Source: Catajapyx aquilonaris (taxonomy: Eukaryota). Taken from it: a DNA stretch of 53,902 nt. Location: NCBI GenBank assembly GCA_000934665.2, contig KZ538689.1, positions 1 to 53,902 of the forward strand, read 5' to 3'. Both the position numbers and the translations under genes were made by a program. The notes under the pieces are model-generated. The model saw nothing but the letters and a program-made list of their open reading frames with translations, was not told where the DNA came from and made no database searches. Below are positions 26,705 to 37,088 of this stretch, in pieces; positions within the stretch are counted from its first letter, which is position 1, and each line of letters starts with the position of its first letter.

Positions 26705-26942
26705 TTAAATCAGCCAAGTAGTTGGCCAGAAGTACTCAAATTTCGAGTTTTACAGTGATATTTTTGGAAATTAATTTAGAGACTTCCAGATAAGAAAAAT
26801 TGTTCCAGACACATTCATAGTGTTTTCCCTGATCGGGTAAGTATAGCTGTTATTTTGTGTAAAATATCTTGTCCGTATTTTCAGAGTACTCGTAAGCAGG
26901 AAACTTGCCGTTGCCGAGTATAGCTGGGGCTCAAGGGGTTAA

Positions 26943-27218
26943 TCCTAGAACCATGCCATGCCTGAAAGTTACGTTAACCGTGTCTCTTAGGACCCCACGA
27001 CATATTTTCATTTTTATTAATTTTTCTATAATACTTTTCAATGTATTGACTATATGCAATCATTCTTTGAACAATGCCTAAAATGATGGCTAATTCAAAA
27101 TAAACATGCACTTCCTGTTATATACTTTTTTTAAATGGCAAACAGTTCATTGTAATTGCAATTTTAATGCATTTTAAGACCTTTGGGTCCGAAATGAACC
27201 CACGGCACGGTTCCAGGG
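26943..27218. mobile_element. piggyBac-like MITE family P2
   Basis: TTAA flanks; inverted homolog of 41476-41765. Confidence 0.7.
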
Positions 27219-27253
27219 TTAAGCAGGAATTTTGTACAGTCCCGGCTCACCAG

Positions 27254-27498
27254 TCCCAAGGTTGTGGGTTCGAACCTGGCCGAGGTCGGTGACTTTTCTC
27301 CGGGTGGTAGAAAAGTGAGAGTGCGCCTTCCTTCGGAGGGGAAGTAAAGCCGTCAGTCCCGTGTGCTTGTGACATTGCGCGAGTGCACGTTAAAGATCCC
27401 CAGAGTGGCCAAATTTCCAGGAGGAGGACCACCCCCTGGCATCGGTGTTGAGCCTTAGAGGCAAAAATAGGCCGACGTTAAGCCCCACTGAACCCAGT
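27254..27498 (+). mobile_element. tRNA-derived SINE family D (5' truncated)
   Basis: B box GGTTCGAACC, TSD CAGTCCCGGCTCACCAG; highly similar inverted copy at 43322-43578. Confidence 0.75.
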
Positions 27499-30112
27499 CC
27501 CGGCTCACCAGAGCGATGTAATGAGTTAAGACAAATTATGTTCAAAGGGCAGATTTGGCTAATTTATCAGTGTCCAATAGGTTGTAGATATATGTACATG
27601 AATTATTTCCCCGAATTCTGTGGTTCAAGACCTCCACAAAAATTTATAAGTTGATTAGGTGGAGAGTGCTACGTTCAAAGATAAAAAAGAATTGCAGTAA
27701 TCTGCAACTCAAAAATCTCCATTTTTGAATCGCCCATATCTCGGAATCATATTGTCCTACACAGCTGAAATTTCGGATTTTGCAATGTGTCCCACATGTA
27801 TACCTGTACGAAAATTTTCAAGAAAATCGGAGTTGGTCGAGCCACCACGTTCCCTGAGTTCAGGTGGAATAACCATTGTTGAACTTGTGTTCCTGATAAG
27901 CTTCACCCGAACCAAATTCGCCTTATAAACCTACAGAAACCCACCTCACCCACATTGGAAGAGTACGCCACATGTGGCCGCATGCCCCTAACGCTACACA
28001 CTTATCGGACCCTCACAACTGGGGCCATTTCCGCCCTGTGCCAAACCTTTTTTTCCCTCTGGCCCTGGCCCGACCCCAACAGACTAGCACTTTACCTCCT
28101 CCAGGGTTGCACCCACAGCCGCACCACCTCCGACAGGTTGGAAGTTGGAACTTGGAAAGGAACCTTTCGGCGTCGGCTGCAACCAGGTCGGCTGCTTTGG
28201 CGCCTACGAATCCCATTGGCCGAGATGGGAACAAAGGGCGGGACCAGTGGGACACATCCTGGTTGGCGACCCTGCACATCTGAGGAGTGCTATCATTGGG
28301 TGGATGGGCAGCCATGTTGCAGCACTGCAATCACGTGACTTGTCTTTTCCAAGCTGATTGGTCAGTATGAATACGACGTGAGACATGGAGGCCTGCATGG
28401 GGCTTCAAGGCATTCCAATGCTACCACTAGCTTGCACCTATGAAAACCGTTTATTTGAATTTTGAAGTTTCATTGCAACCGTTAATTCTTCGCCACCGAT
28501 TCTCGCGCATGTTTTCTACAGAAATCACCACGCTCGTTACTTGCGTATTCGTAATTTCCGTTGACATGAGTCATTTTTAACCGTTACGTTAACTAATATC
28601 GTGAGCAAAATAACTAGTATCATGGGGTCATGGGTGGTAATTTAATTATATTTAATCTCCAATTCATGTGATTAAATTTTGAATGCCATGTAATATAAGT
28701 ACGCATAAAGCTTATGTCAATAATGAAACAGACTTATAGGAAACGTGATTATTAAACACTGCAAATCGCTACAATAAACTTATTATAGAATGTGTATAAT
28801 TATGGTTATCTCAGCAGCAACCTGTAGCACCAGTGTAGCCCCAACAATTTACAAATATGATTACTTATGTAGAAAGTCTCAAATGATGAGCAATAGGCTA
28901 CTGTATCTTGTACATAAATAAATGACGATAAATGACCTGCAATTAATATTTTCAAAAGTATCCTATTGATAAACGTATTGATGGCCTAGGCCCATGCCTA
29001 ATTATTTACAACATAATATACCAGACGGTTACGCAATATCTCATTTGGCTTTTGATTCATTAGTTACTTAATTCTAATTGACACTGTTAATTCTCGTAAG
29101 CGTGGGGCAGGGGCATGCAGGGTCACCACAAAGACCATGATACTAATTAAGGGTTAATTTCATTCGTCCAATATGGCATGCACGTTCAAACTTTATGGGC
29201 AATAGAAGCCTGTGTACCATAGTTCCAGCGAACGTCCATGCGTGTCATGCGTATTGTGATGGTCCAAGTAACCGGAGCGTAGGAGTCGATTGTGACCAAG
29301 CGCCCAGTTTGCATTTGTTCGGTAAGAGGGCTAAAGTCCATCAGTTAGGCACTTCTCCATGGCAATTAGAAAAATAGTACCCATTGCCACCTGTCGCTTT
29401 CATCTGAGTGACCAATTTTGCATTCTCTTTTCGGATAATTGGGTCACCAAAGGCAATGGCCCGGCTGCATGTTTTAAACTCCACACACCCTTTGCATGAA
29501 CCCACCTTACAAAGGCCGGGCTGGTCATAACGAAGATATTGCACCACAGAAATAGGGAGGGAGGAAAGAATGGGAAAGGTAGGCCTATGTCGTAGTACAG
29601 GGAGGAAAGGACAAAGGGGAAGAAATGGAGGGCGTCCAGGCCTGTTGCATGAGACCACAGAACCAGCAACACTGAATACACTCCACGAATATTGTGATGA
29701 TTCGAGCAGCCCAGGACTTGGGAGTCGATTGTGACAAAGCTCCCAGCTTGCATCATCCTTTGGTAAAAGGGCTAAAGCATGCCAGTTAGGCGCTTCCCCC
29801 TGGCAATTGGGAAATTGTTCCCAATAGCCATCTGATAAAGACAACATGAAGACTGGCCTGGCCTGTGAAGGCCCTACAGCCAAAAAAGTCCCCAATTTAT
29901 TACCATCATAAACTACAAACAACCTGATATCAATGACAATACATTTAACAAAAGTTTAACAAAATGTTGATGCACCTTAGTCCCCATGCGCCATCCACCA
30001 GTGAAGTCAGAGCTGCGGCACCTCATTGATGCAGACAGCTGAGTCACTGGTTAGTCTTGGACAGGAAGCAGTCAATATCCAAGCATGAGGTTTAAAGGCA
30101 TCCCACACAGAT

Positions 30113-30188
30113 CGACGCCTAAGGATTATATTGTCGTATGTCGTATGTTAAAACATACGAGATACGACAATATAATCCTTAGGCGTCG
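30113..30188. repeat. 76-bp near-perfect hairpin flanked by AGAT direct repeats (minimal MITE?)
   Basis: CGACGCCTAAGGATTATATTGTCGTAT.TCGTATGTT-AA-AACATACGA.ATACGACAATATAATCCTTAGGCGTCG. Confidence 0.8.
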
Positions 30189-30886
30189 AGATGTCACCAA
30201 GGCCTGATGACCATGCTGCCAAAGCGGAGGACAAAGAGCGCTGGACCATACCCTGTCCCAACTGAATGCAAGGGGAGACCAGAGGAGTGGAAAGCAGTAC
30301 CTGATCCATATCTGAAAGGAGGCGTGGGGCAATTGCCCTGACAGCAGAGGAATCAACCTACCTTGGTCTTACACGGTGGAGAGCTGTAACCCTTGTGATG
30401 CTGAGTTAGAGGTCATAATAGCACAAGCTGGAGGTAAAGTGACGAAACTGTCAGTTCAGGCGATTTCAAATTAAGAGTCATATGCTAAGATTGATGAGTG
30501 TTGCAACTGTTTTCCACAAGAACTCTTACAGATGAGACTCTTGTTAAAAGCCTAAGTAACCTAAAGACTCTTGAGCACATGTCACTGCCTAGATGAGTTT
30601 CACATGCCTTCCTGTCAACGCCAGATGTCATTAGCTCTCTTAAAACCCTTGATCTCTCTATGTAATCTATTTTCTTAAAATAGGTACATTTTGCAGCACA
30701 CAAGCTCTCCTTGGGGTGGATTCATCAAATGTTGTAAGTCAAATTTTCGTGATATCCAGTCGTAACCATAGTTAGTTCATTATTGTAACTATAGTTACGA
30801 CCGGTTACGATGAAAATTTGACTTACCACATTATTTTGATCAATACACCCCCTGTATTTTGTAGTATAAATAATATAGTTTCTGAA

Positions 30887-31223
30887 GGGAGGCGTAGTGG
30901 TGCTGCGGTAACCCACACGCCCACGGATGTTAAGGTCCCGGGTTCGAACCCAACCAGGAGTTCCCCCCTTCATCTCGTGCAGAGTTGGGCCATCTCTGGC
31001 TTCGTCTCGGGTGGAAATTTCCGCTAGACTAATCCACCCGGGGGAGTTCACAAAATGACCAAGCAACGACATTGCACTTGCACTATGCACATCCCCTCCT
31101 ACCTACCCTAATGGTTGACCAACTAAATAATTGTCAATCATACACATGGTTCCAAATATGGTAGTATTCCCNNCCCCCCCCCCCAAGAGGGCCTTTCGGC
31201 CCTATCATGGGGTATCTAAATAA

Positions 31224-31301
<78 letters not shown>
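30887..31301 (+). mobile_element. SINE family B with (TAA)n tail
   Basis: GGGAGGCGTAGTGG head, GGTTCGAACCC B box, homologous to 13700-14070. Confidence 0.75.
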
Positions 31302-31302
<1 letters not shown>

Positions 31303-31694
31303 CATTGTTTGATATTTTTTTACAATAACATCACACAGAATTAGTCTGAAGATATGTGGATATTATACTTAAAAACTGAAAAAATAGCTAGTTAATGTGT
31401 TCTATCCCTGCCTGGCAGTGCTTAGGCATGTTTAACAATGACTCCGGTGAAGACATACATTATCTGATTTCAGTCACTGCCATGCAGTGTTGTGATGACC
31501 ATGCAATTACCTAATTTAGGTGGAATCTGCAATGACAATAAAAGATGAGTTTTCTAATAATTAATCTACAGATAGGGCCTACAATGATTTTTTGAGAAAG
31601 TACCAGGATGTGTCACTTAATTTATGGATAACATCCATGATTCCATTCATTCTTGACATTAACTATTTCACATGTCAATTATAATAGCAAGTAC

Positions 31695-31700
31695 TTTATT
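31695..31700 (-). terminator. Candidate polyadenylation signal of MsrA
   Basis: AATAAA on the minus strand about 500 nt after the stop, downstream of the SECIS. Confidence 0.3.
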
Positions 31701-32084
31701 TAGCAGTTATACTCAGCAGTACATACATGTATGTATATTTATATGGACTCAGATAATACATACGCAAAGTTTAATACATACATTTCAAAAATAATCCATT
31801 TCAAAAATAATACTTCTCGACCCAGCCTGAAATAACTGGCAAACACTCTTCAATGTATTTAATAAAACCTTCACACTCTTGGCTAAAGTGGTAATACAAT
31901 GGGCTTCATCAGAAAAAAAATTAATAATTAAGTACTGACTGTGACCTCACATCTTGTGAATGAAGAGGCAAATACCGGTAGTCAAAAAAATTTACTTCAT
32001 CAATCTTTCTTAGCGTGGCAAAATATTACTGACAGAAAATTAATAAAGATAACGTCCAATTTTTCCTCTAATTTCTGACACACA

Positions 32085-32156
32085 TGACAACAATTATTAT
32101 CATCAGCACAAAAGTTGCCCAGGGCTTCACTCTAAGTGCGTCATACTTTGTTGTCA
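32085..32156 (-). promoter_or_regulatory. SECIS element (form 2-like) in the MsrA 3'UTR
   Basis: Minus strand: TGACAACAA AGT ATGAC GCACTTAGAGT G AA GCCCTGGGC A ACTTTTGTGC TGAT GATAATAA TTGTTGTCA. Perfect 9-bp helix I, AUGA/UGA core, helix II, apical AA, GCC/GGC mini-stem. Confidence 0.9.
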
Positions 32157-32191
32157 ATTACACCAGAAATTACAGGGAAAATAAAGATTTT

Positions 32192-32432
32192 TTAACAGCC
32201 AACTTTTGCCCGGCCATAATTCTCCGCAATGCAGCGTCGCACAAAATCAGCCACCTTTTCATCCAATCCCAGCTTCTCTCTCTCAGCTTCGAAGCTTGCA
32301 AGCGATCCATATCCACCAACATAGCCATTAAGGCGGCACGCAACATTGGACTGAATCAGATCATCCAGATCCATGTCAAGCGATTGCAGTATCCAGCCAT
32401 AACGACTTTGCAGCAAATACTTTTGATGGTAA
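32192..32432 (-). CDS. MsrA: MsrA last coding exon (YHQKYL...RLNGYVGG...KVGC*)
   Basis: Follows a 52-nt intron; AE-D-YHQKYL motif, invertebrate-type C-terminal extension with LNGY and a terminal Cys, TAA stop. Confidence 0.95.
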
Positions 32433-32484
32433 CTGCAAACAAGGTGGTTACTATCTCTTCACGAATTTATAAATTGAAACTTAC

Positions 32485-32621
32485 TCCTCCGCTTCATAGA
32501 ATGTTTTTGCTGGCAAAATGAGGGTTGTAATTGGTCGACTCCTTTTTGTCTTCTCTCGTTTCATCGTCTGTTCTGCCAAATTTTTTTGCTCGTCATCATG
32601 GTAAAATATGGCCGACATGTA
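32485..32621 (-). CDS. MsrA: MsrA exon (YMSAIFYH...FYEAE)
   Basis: Acceptor tttgcag, donor GA|GTAAGT; YMSAIFYHDDEQKNLAEQTMKREKTKRSRPITTLILPAKTFYEAE. Confidence 0.95.
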
Positions 32622-33229
32622 CTGCAAAAAAACGTATGAATTACAACACATGGAGGCATATTTCAGTCCTTCATCCTACATTATGAGAACTGCTTCCACC
32701 AAATATTGTGGTGGTCCAAGGAAAAACCATTCCTGGCAGTGTTCCTTTCAGTGGAATGGGGGCAGTCAGGATTGAAAATCTTCATGTGCATTGAACCATC
32801 AGTAAAAGTGTCTAGCTATGCTAATGATTAATTTGTGACAGTTGAATCATGTGTCATTCAAACTGAAAATTAGCATCCACCATTGATTTCATTGCCATAA
32901 ATGCAGTTTTGTAATGACTGTGAAAGTTGCATTTTTTCCAAATGTCCATTTCAAAGGGAAACTTTCCAATCTACTATGGTAATAACAGTATGGTACTATA
33001 GCAGCGGTTCTCAACCTATGTCATATTGGGCCCCGCTGGAAAGTAATTTCAGATATCCCCCACCTCTTTTTCCATCCCCCACCCATCTAGGCACTACGAC
33101 AACTTCACTACTAGTAAGTAGTCCAGTACGTAGTTTAGGAAGATACAAAAGTACTGTACTCCATAGGTCAAATCACAGTAATTGTTCAATATGTCCTGCA
33201 TTGAGTACCGCACAGGCCTGTAGGGGGAA

Positions 33230-33501
33230 TCACAGGTTCTTCAGCACACAGGAAACAAAATTTGCGCCTGTGGCATGGCATTTGTCCTCGATCCTGGTGC
33301 AGAGGTGGGCCATATTGCGAATCTTCACCTGTACACCCATCCGTGTAATGAAATGGCCTCGTCAGAAAACAGCACAGGATCCATCCTGTCTCAGAACCAA
33401 GCACACATTTCCACCCTCCAGACCTGTGCATGACTCAATGACGGTAATGTTGAACAATTACTGCAATTTGGCCTATGGTGTGGGACTTTTTGGACACCCT
33501 G
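33230..33501 (-). mobile_element. Degenerate Tc1/mariner remnant in an MsrA intron
   Basis: TA-CAGGGTGTCCAAAAAGTC end; VLFSDEAISLHGWV resembles the first-Asp motif of DDD/E transposases. Confidence 0.5.
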
Positions 33502-33915
33502 TATATTGCTCACAAAGTTGGGAGATAATTTTACATTGAAACCAAATGCAAAATCATCTCCTTTTCGAGTGATACAGTACACCCCTTTAAATTAATACAT
33601 GCAACTTTCCAATTTCCCCTTTTTCTGGCATGATAATGGACCTGAGTAGACCTACCCATATTGGCATTGTAATAATTATCACACAAATATCAGTAACTCA
33701 GTCATTACCCCAAATATATTTTTGGACCCCTTTGCAAGACCACAGATAGGGGTGTCCAGATTAATGATTGAAGGTCACTGTGTTAAAACACCCTACAAAA
33801 CATGGCAAAAGACTAACAAACTAATACTTATAGAAGGCTATGATACCCAGATTCTTGGGAATTAATCCATAAGGTGCTTTACAACTCGTTTCTAACACGG
33901 CTGCTAGCTAAGTAC

Positions 33916-34030
33916 CTGTCTTGACTTCTTTCCAGTTGGATCGTGCCCATTCCAGAACATATCCAGGAGCTTGGTGTAATTGGTTTCAGTCTCATCATAG
34001 TCCATGTCAACTGTTTCAGTGTGGTCGCCA
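33916..34030 (-). CDS. MsrA: MsrA exon (GDHTE...FWNGHDPT)
   Basis: Acceptor ttacag, donor CAG|GTACTT; GDHTETVDMDYDETETNYTKLLDMFWNGHDPTGKKSRQ carries the MsrA HxE and FWxxHDPT motifs. Confidence 0.95.
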
Positions 34031-34194
34031 CTGTAACAAAGAAGCATTCAGCAAAGGCAATATTTATCAACCAGTACTTATGGACCAGCACTCAACTGCA
34101 AAACAAAATTCCCTACATTAAATGTTTGCCCCCAAAATGTTAATGACAAATTACAAATGAAGAGGGGGACTTAATTTGGGTAACAAGGTCTTAC

Positions 34195-34379
34195 AGGTTG
34201 CGATACGTAGGATTGGGTGTTGTCCCACCAGTGTATCCAACACGTGTTTGCACGACCCCCGGAGCACAGCCGAAGGCTGCCTCCGGGAACCAAAATCAGG
34301 ACATGCTGAAGGTGGCCTTTTTTGTGGGCTTGTTTGGATTGGACATCATTCCAGATGCTCCTCTATGTGATGCAAGTAC
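34195..34379 (-). CDS. MsrA: Selenoprotein MsrA, catalytic exon with in-frame TGA (Sec) at 34296-34298
   Basis: VLASHRGASGMMSNPNKPTKKATFSMS*FWFPEAAFGCAPGVVQTRVGYTGGTTPNPTYRNL. TGA occupies the Cys position of the MsrA xCFW motif. Acceptor ttaccag, donor CT|GTAAGA; internal ATG at 34349. Confidence 0.92.
34256..34289 (-). other. GC-rich stem-loop starting 6-8 nt 3' of the Sec UGA (candidate Sec redefinition element)
   Basis: TT-CCCGGAG-GCAGCC-TTC-GGCTGT-G-CTCCGGG-GG: 7-bp plus 6-bp stem with one bulge. Confidence 0.5.
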
Positions 34380-34950
34380 CTGGTAAAATGAACACTTCAT
34401 TGAGAATACATCATTTTAAAAAAATTATAAAGCCAACCATAACAACACACGAAGCATGCAACCTCCGTAACAAACTTTGCAGGCATGACAACTTCAAGGA
34501 AGTACATCTTTAAAATATACTTTTCTGGACCCATGTTCACTGGGCTTTCATGTCATTTGGCAAGTGTTTAGACCTGCATCTGCGAAGTTTGTTACAGAGG
34601 TTTAAAGACACCTTTTCTAACTGAAATTTAGTAATATCTCAGCATAAATCTGCTTATTTTTAACTTTCTATTATTGCTTCAACCAAAAAATTGTACTTCT
34701 GTTGCGACTTTCAACAATGTCAACCAAATTAAACGCAGTTTCCATCTCCATCGTGGCCCACCTTTGTACTGTACAAGTACTGTCTAATAGCCAGACAGTC
34801 TTAGCAAGAGGCCTACTGTTGGCCTGAAACACACAACTTACAAGAGCAGAAAAAAAAACTTTCACTCTCTAGATTCAGTATGTACCGGTGTGTAAGCAAT
34901 CAATCAACAACAAAATGTGTATCTACTTCCCCCCCAAAAATTTAACCAAC

Positions 34951-35001
34951 CTGGCTGATGCTTCGCGGAAGTAGTGCAATCACGCACTTTCGCAATATCA
35001 T
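34951..35001 (-). CDS. MsrA: Candidate first coding exon of MsrA (mitochondrial presequence-like MILRKCVIALLPRSISQ)
   Basis: ATG 35001, 17 codons, phase-0 donor CAG|GTTGGT matching the phase-0 acceptor at 34379; Arg/Leu/Ser-rich, no acidic residues. Confidence 0.55.
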
Positions 35002-35072
35002 TACATCATAATACTGTAGAACGCTTGTAGAATGTAAAACAGGAGAGCGCACGGTTTAGAGAGCACCTTCAA

Positions 35073-35108
<36 letters not shown>

Positions 35109-36005
35109 TTCAAGGTAGTTGAAGGGTCCTACTACCTGTGGTCAAGCCTGCCACATTCCCACACTCCCAGAAAGGCAGAAACCTCTCATTCACAAAATTG
35201 ATGCGTAAATACAGAACTGATGATTAAATAAAAGTTCAAAGCGCGAGTATTTATTTACAGTAAAAGCACAGGTAGTAAGAAACTGCCATTATTGGTCGTA
35301 ATCACGGTCGTAATCGTCATAATCAACAATAATTAGTCTGAATAAGTCATTGTTAATACCGGTTAATACCAAAGGAACCATTGATATTGCTCAGCAATAT
35401 GTCATGGCAATATCTTCGGTGCCACAATAATGTATGCATAATCATAATGTAATGCCTATAATGTAGCCCTAATCCCATAATTTGTGGATGGCCTTTTTCT
35501 TGCAAACAATCATTTAACACTTAACCACCTACGTGAATCTGCCACTCATTGGCTACGACGCGACGTGGGGTATTTCACGACCCCACGCGGTTTTCATTTT
35601 TTTTTTTAAATTTGCCTTAATAGCACTAAAGCCATTCTTCCGCGCTAAATTCTGCCTGTATTCTCATCTGTATGTGTAAAAAAAATCGATCTCCTGTGAC
35701 CATTGGTTGAGTCCGTTGAGTCATAAGGGACCTGAGACTCCGTTATCGCACCTTATTCGTAGCCTTCCAGTTTGATTCTGTAAGTTAGTAATGGCTTATA
35801 ACGTAAACATTTCCAGCTGCACAGTCTGCAAGATTTTAGTTCTGAGCAATATTTATTGCTGAATATCGACACTCACACTTTATAAAATACAATTTTGCGG
35901 TGATGCGCTGTGATATGTGCTCTCTAAAAAATTATGTACATTGGCTACGACGTGGGGTATATCTGGACCCCACAGGGACGCTTAGCAGCAGAAAAGTACC
36001 GGTAA

Positions 36006-37088
36006 GGGGACGTCCACATATTACGTAACGGTATTTTTGGCCATTTTTGACCCCCTCCCCCCCTCTGTAACGGGACCGTAACGATCTCCTGAACCCCCCC
36101 CCTCCCCCCCCCTCCGTTACGTAACGCCCGCTTTTTTTAAAATTTCGTGCTTTGGAACGAGCCCCACGTGTTTCATGTATATAAAACCAAGGCAATAATT
36201 TTAAGAATATGTTTACTGTAAAACTACTGTACTTGTGAAAGAAAAGAAAACTTTTGTACCGATACTAAAATTTAATATAGACAGAAATGATCTGTATTTC
36301 AGAAGATTTGTTTAAAAAGGGGAAGCCTGAGTCGCCTCGACTCAGGCTATGAGGCTCTTGGGAGGGTGGGGGGAGGGCGAAAGAAAGGGGGAGGGGAAGA
36401 TAGTTTTTGGAGTGTGGGAGGAAATTTATAACGGGAGAACCCCGATATAAAACCCACGCAAGCGCGGAGAGAACTCCATCGAAACTCAATCCATATGGGA
36501 AATCCTTGGCCCAATCCGGGGATCGAACCTGGGACCCCAGAGGTGGGAGGAGGCGGACTTTATAATATTAAACCACTACGCCACCGCGTCGCCCGTATTT
36601 CAGAAGAAAAACGAAAAAATTAACGAACTACGTTACGTACAGGTGCGTATTTTTAAAGCTACAATATGGGCATGTTTTATATAAAAGAGAAAATAGTCAG
36701 AACAAAAATGACATTTTTCTATGACTTTGAGACCCTGGAACAATTGTCACGCAATAGGTATGGAATCAACAAGTAGTACAACATGTGACTCACATAAATA
36801 CCTTGCATAAAAATAGTGAGGTTGTCAAGTTCCTACGAAAAGTCTCATAAATAGCTTTTTTCGCACGTTTTTTTTTACCGATTCGGACCACTGTGAGGCG
36901 TCACTCAGTGGGTAGCGGACGACGCAGCCACGCAGGCCACGCTGAGTCGCACTCGGAATATTTATACAGTGCGTTCAAATGCGTTACGTAACGGCTACCC
37001 AACCCCCCCTCCCCCATGTAACGGACCGTCACGCTCGCCCAAACCCCCTCCCCCCCTAAATCCCGTTACGTAATATGTGGACGTCCCC
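36006..37088. mobile_element. Harbinger-like MITE
   Basis: TAA-GGGGACGTCCACATATTACGTAACGG ... CCGTTACGTAATATGTGGACGTCCCC-TAA; another copy begins at 53799. Confidence 0.8.
36307..36594 (-). mobile_element. SINE with V-domain-like core
   Basis: GGGCGACGCGGTGGCGTAGTGG head, B box, TSD GTATTTCAGAAGA. Confidence 0.75.

Larger units (their letters stand above)
22760..26938. mobile_element. piggyBac-like non-autonomous element enlarged to ~4.2 kb by nested insertions
   Basis: TTAA-CCCCTTGAGCCC ... GGGCTCAAGGGG-TTAA; subterminal unit TACTCTGAAGATAA..AATAACAGCTATACTTAC repeated directly and inverted. Confidence 0.65.

Noticed and set aside
32901..33539. 212-aa plus-strand ORF, and 32084-32521 (145 aa)
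   Set aside because: Antisense to MsrA intron or exons and transposon remnants; no recognisable domain.
34296..34298. In-frame TGA read as a nonsense mutation (MsrA pseudogene)
   Set aside because: It is the only lesion, sits exactly on the catalytic residue and is accompanied by a SECIS; Sec recoding explains all three.
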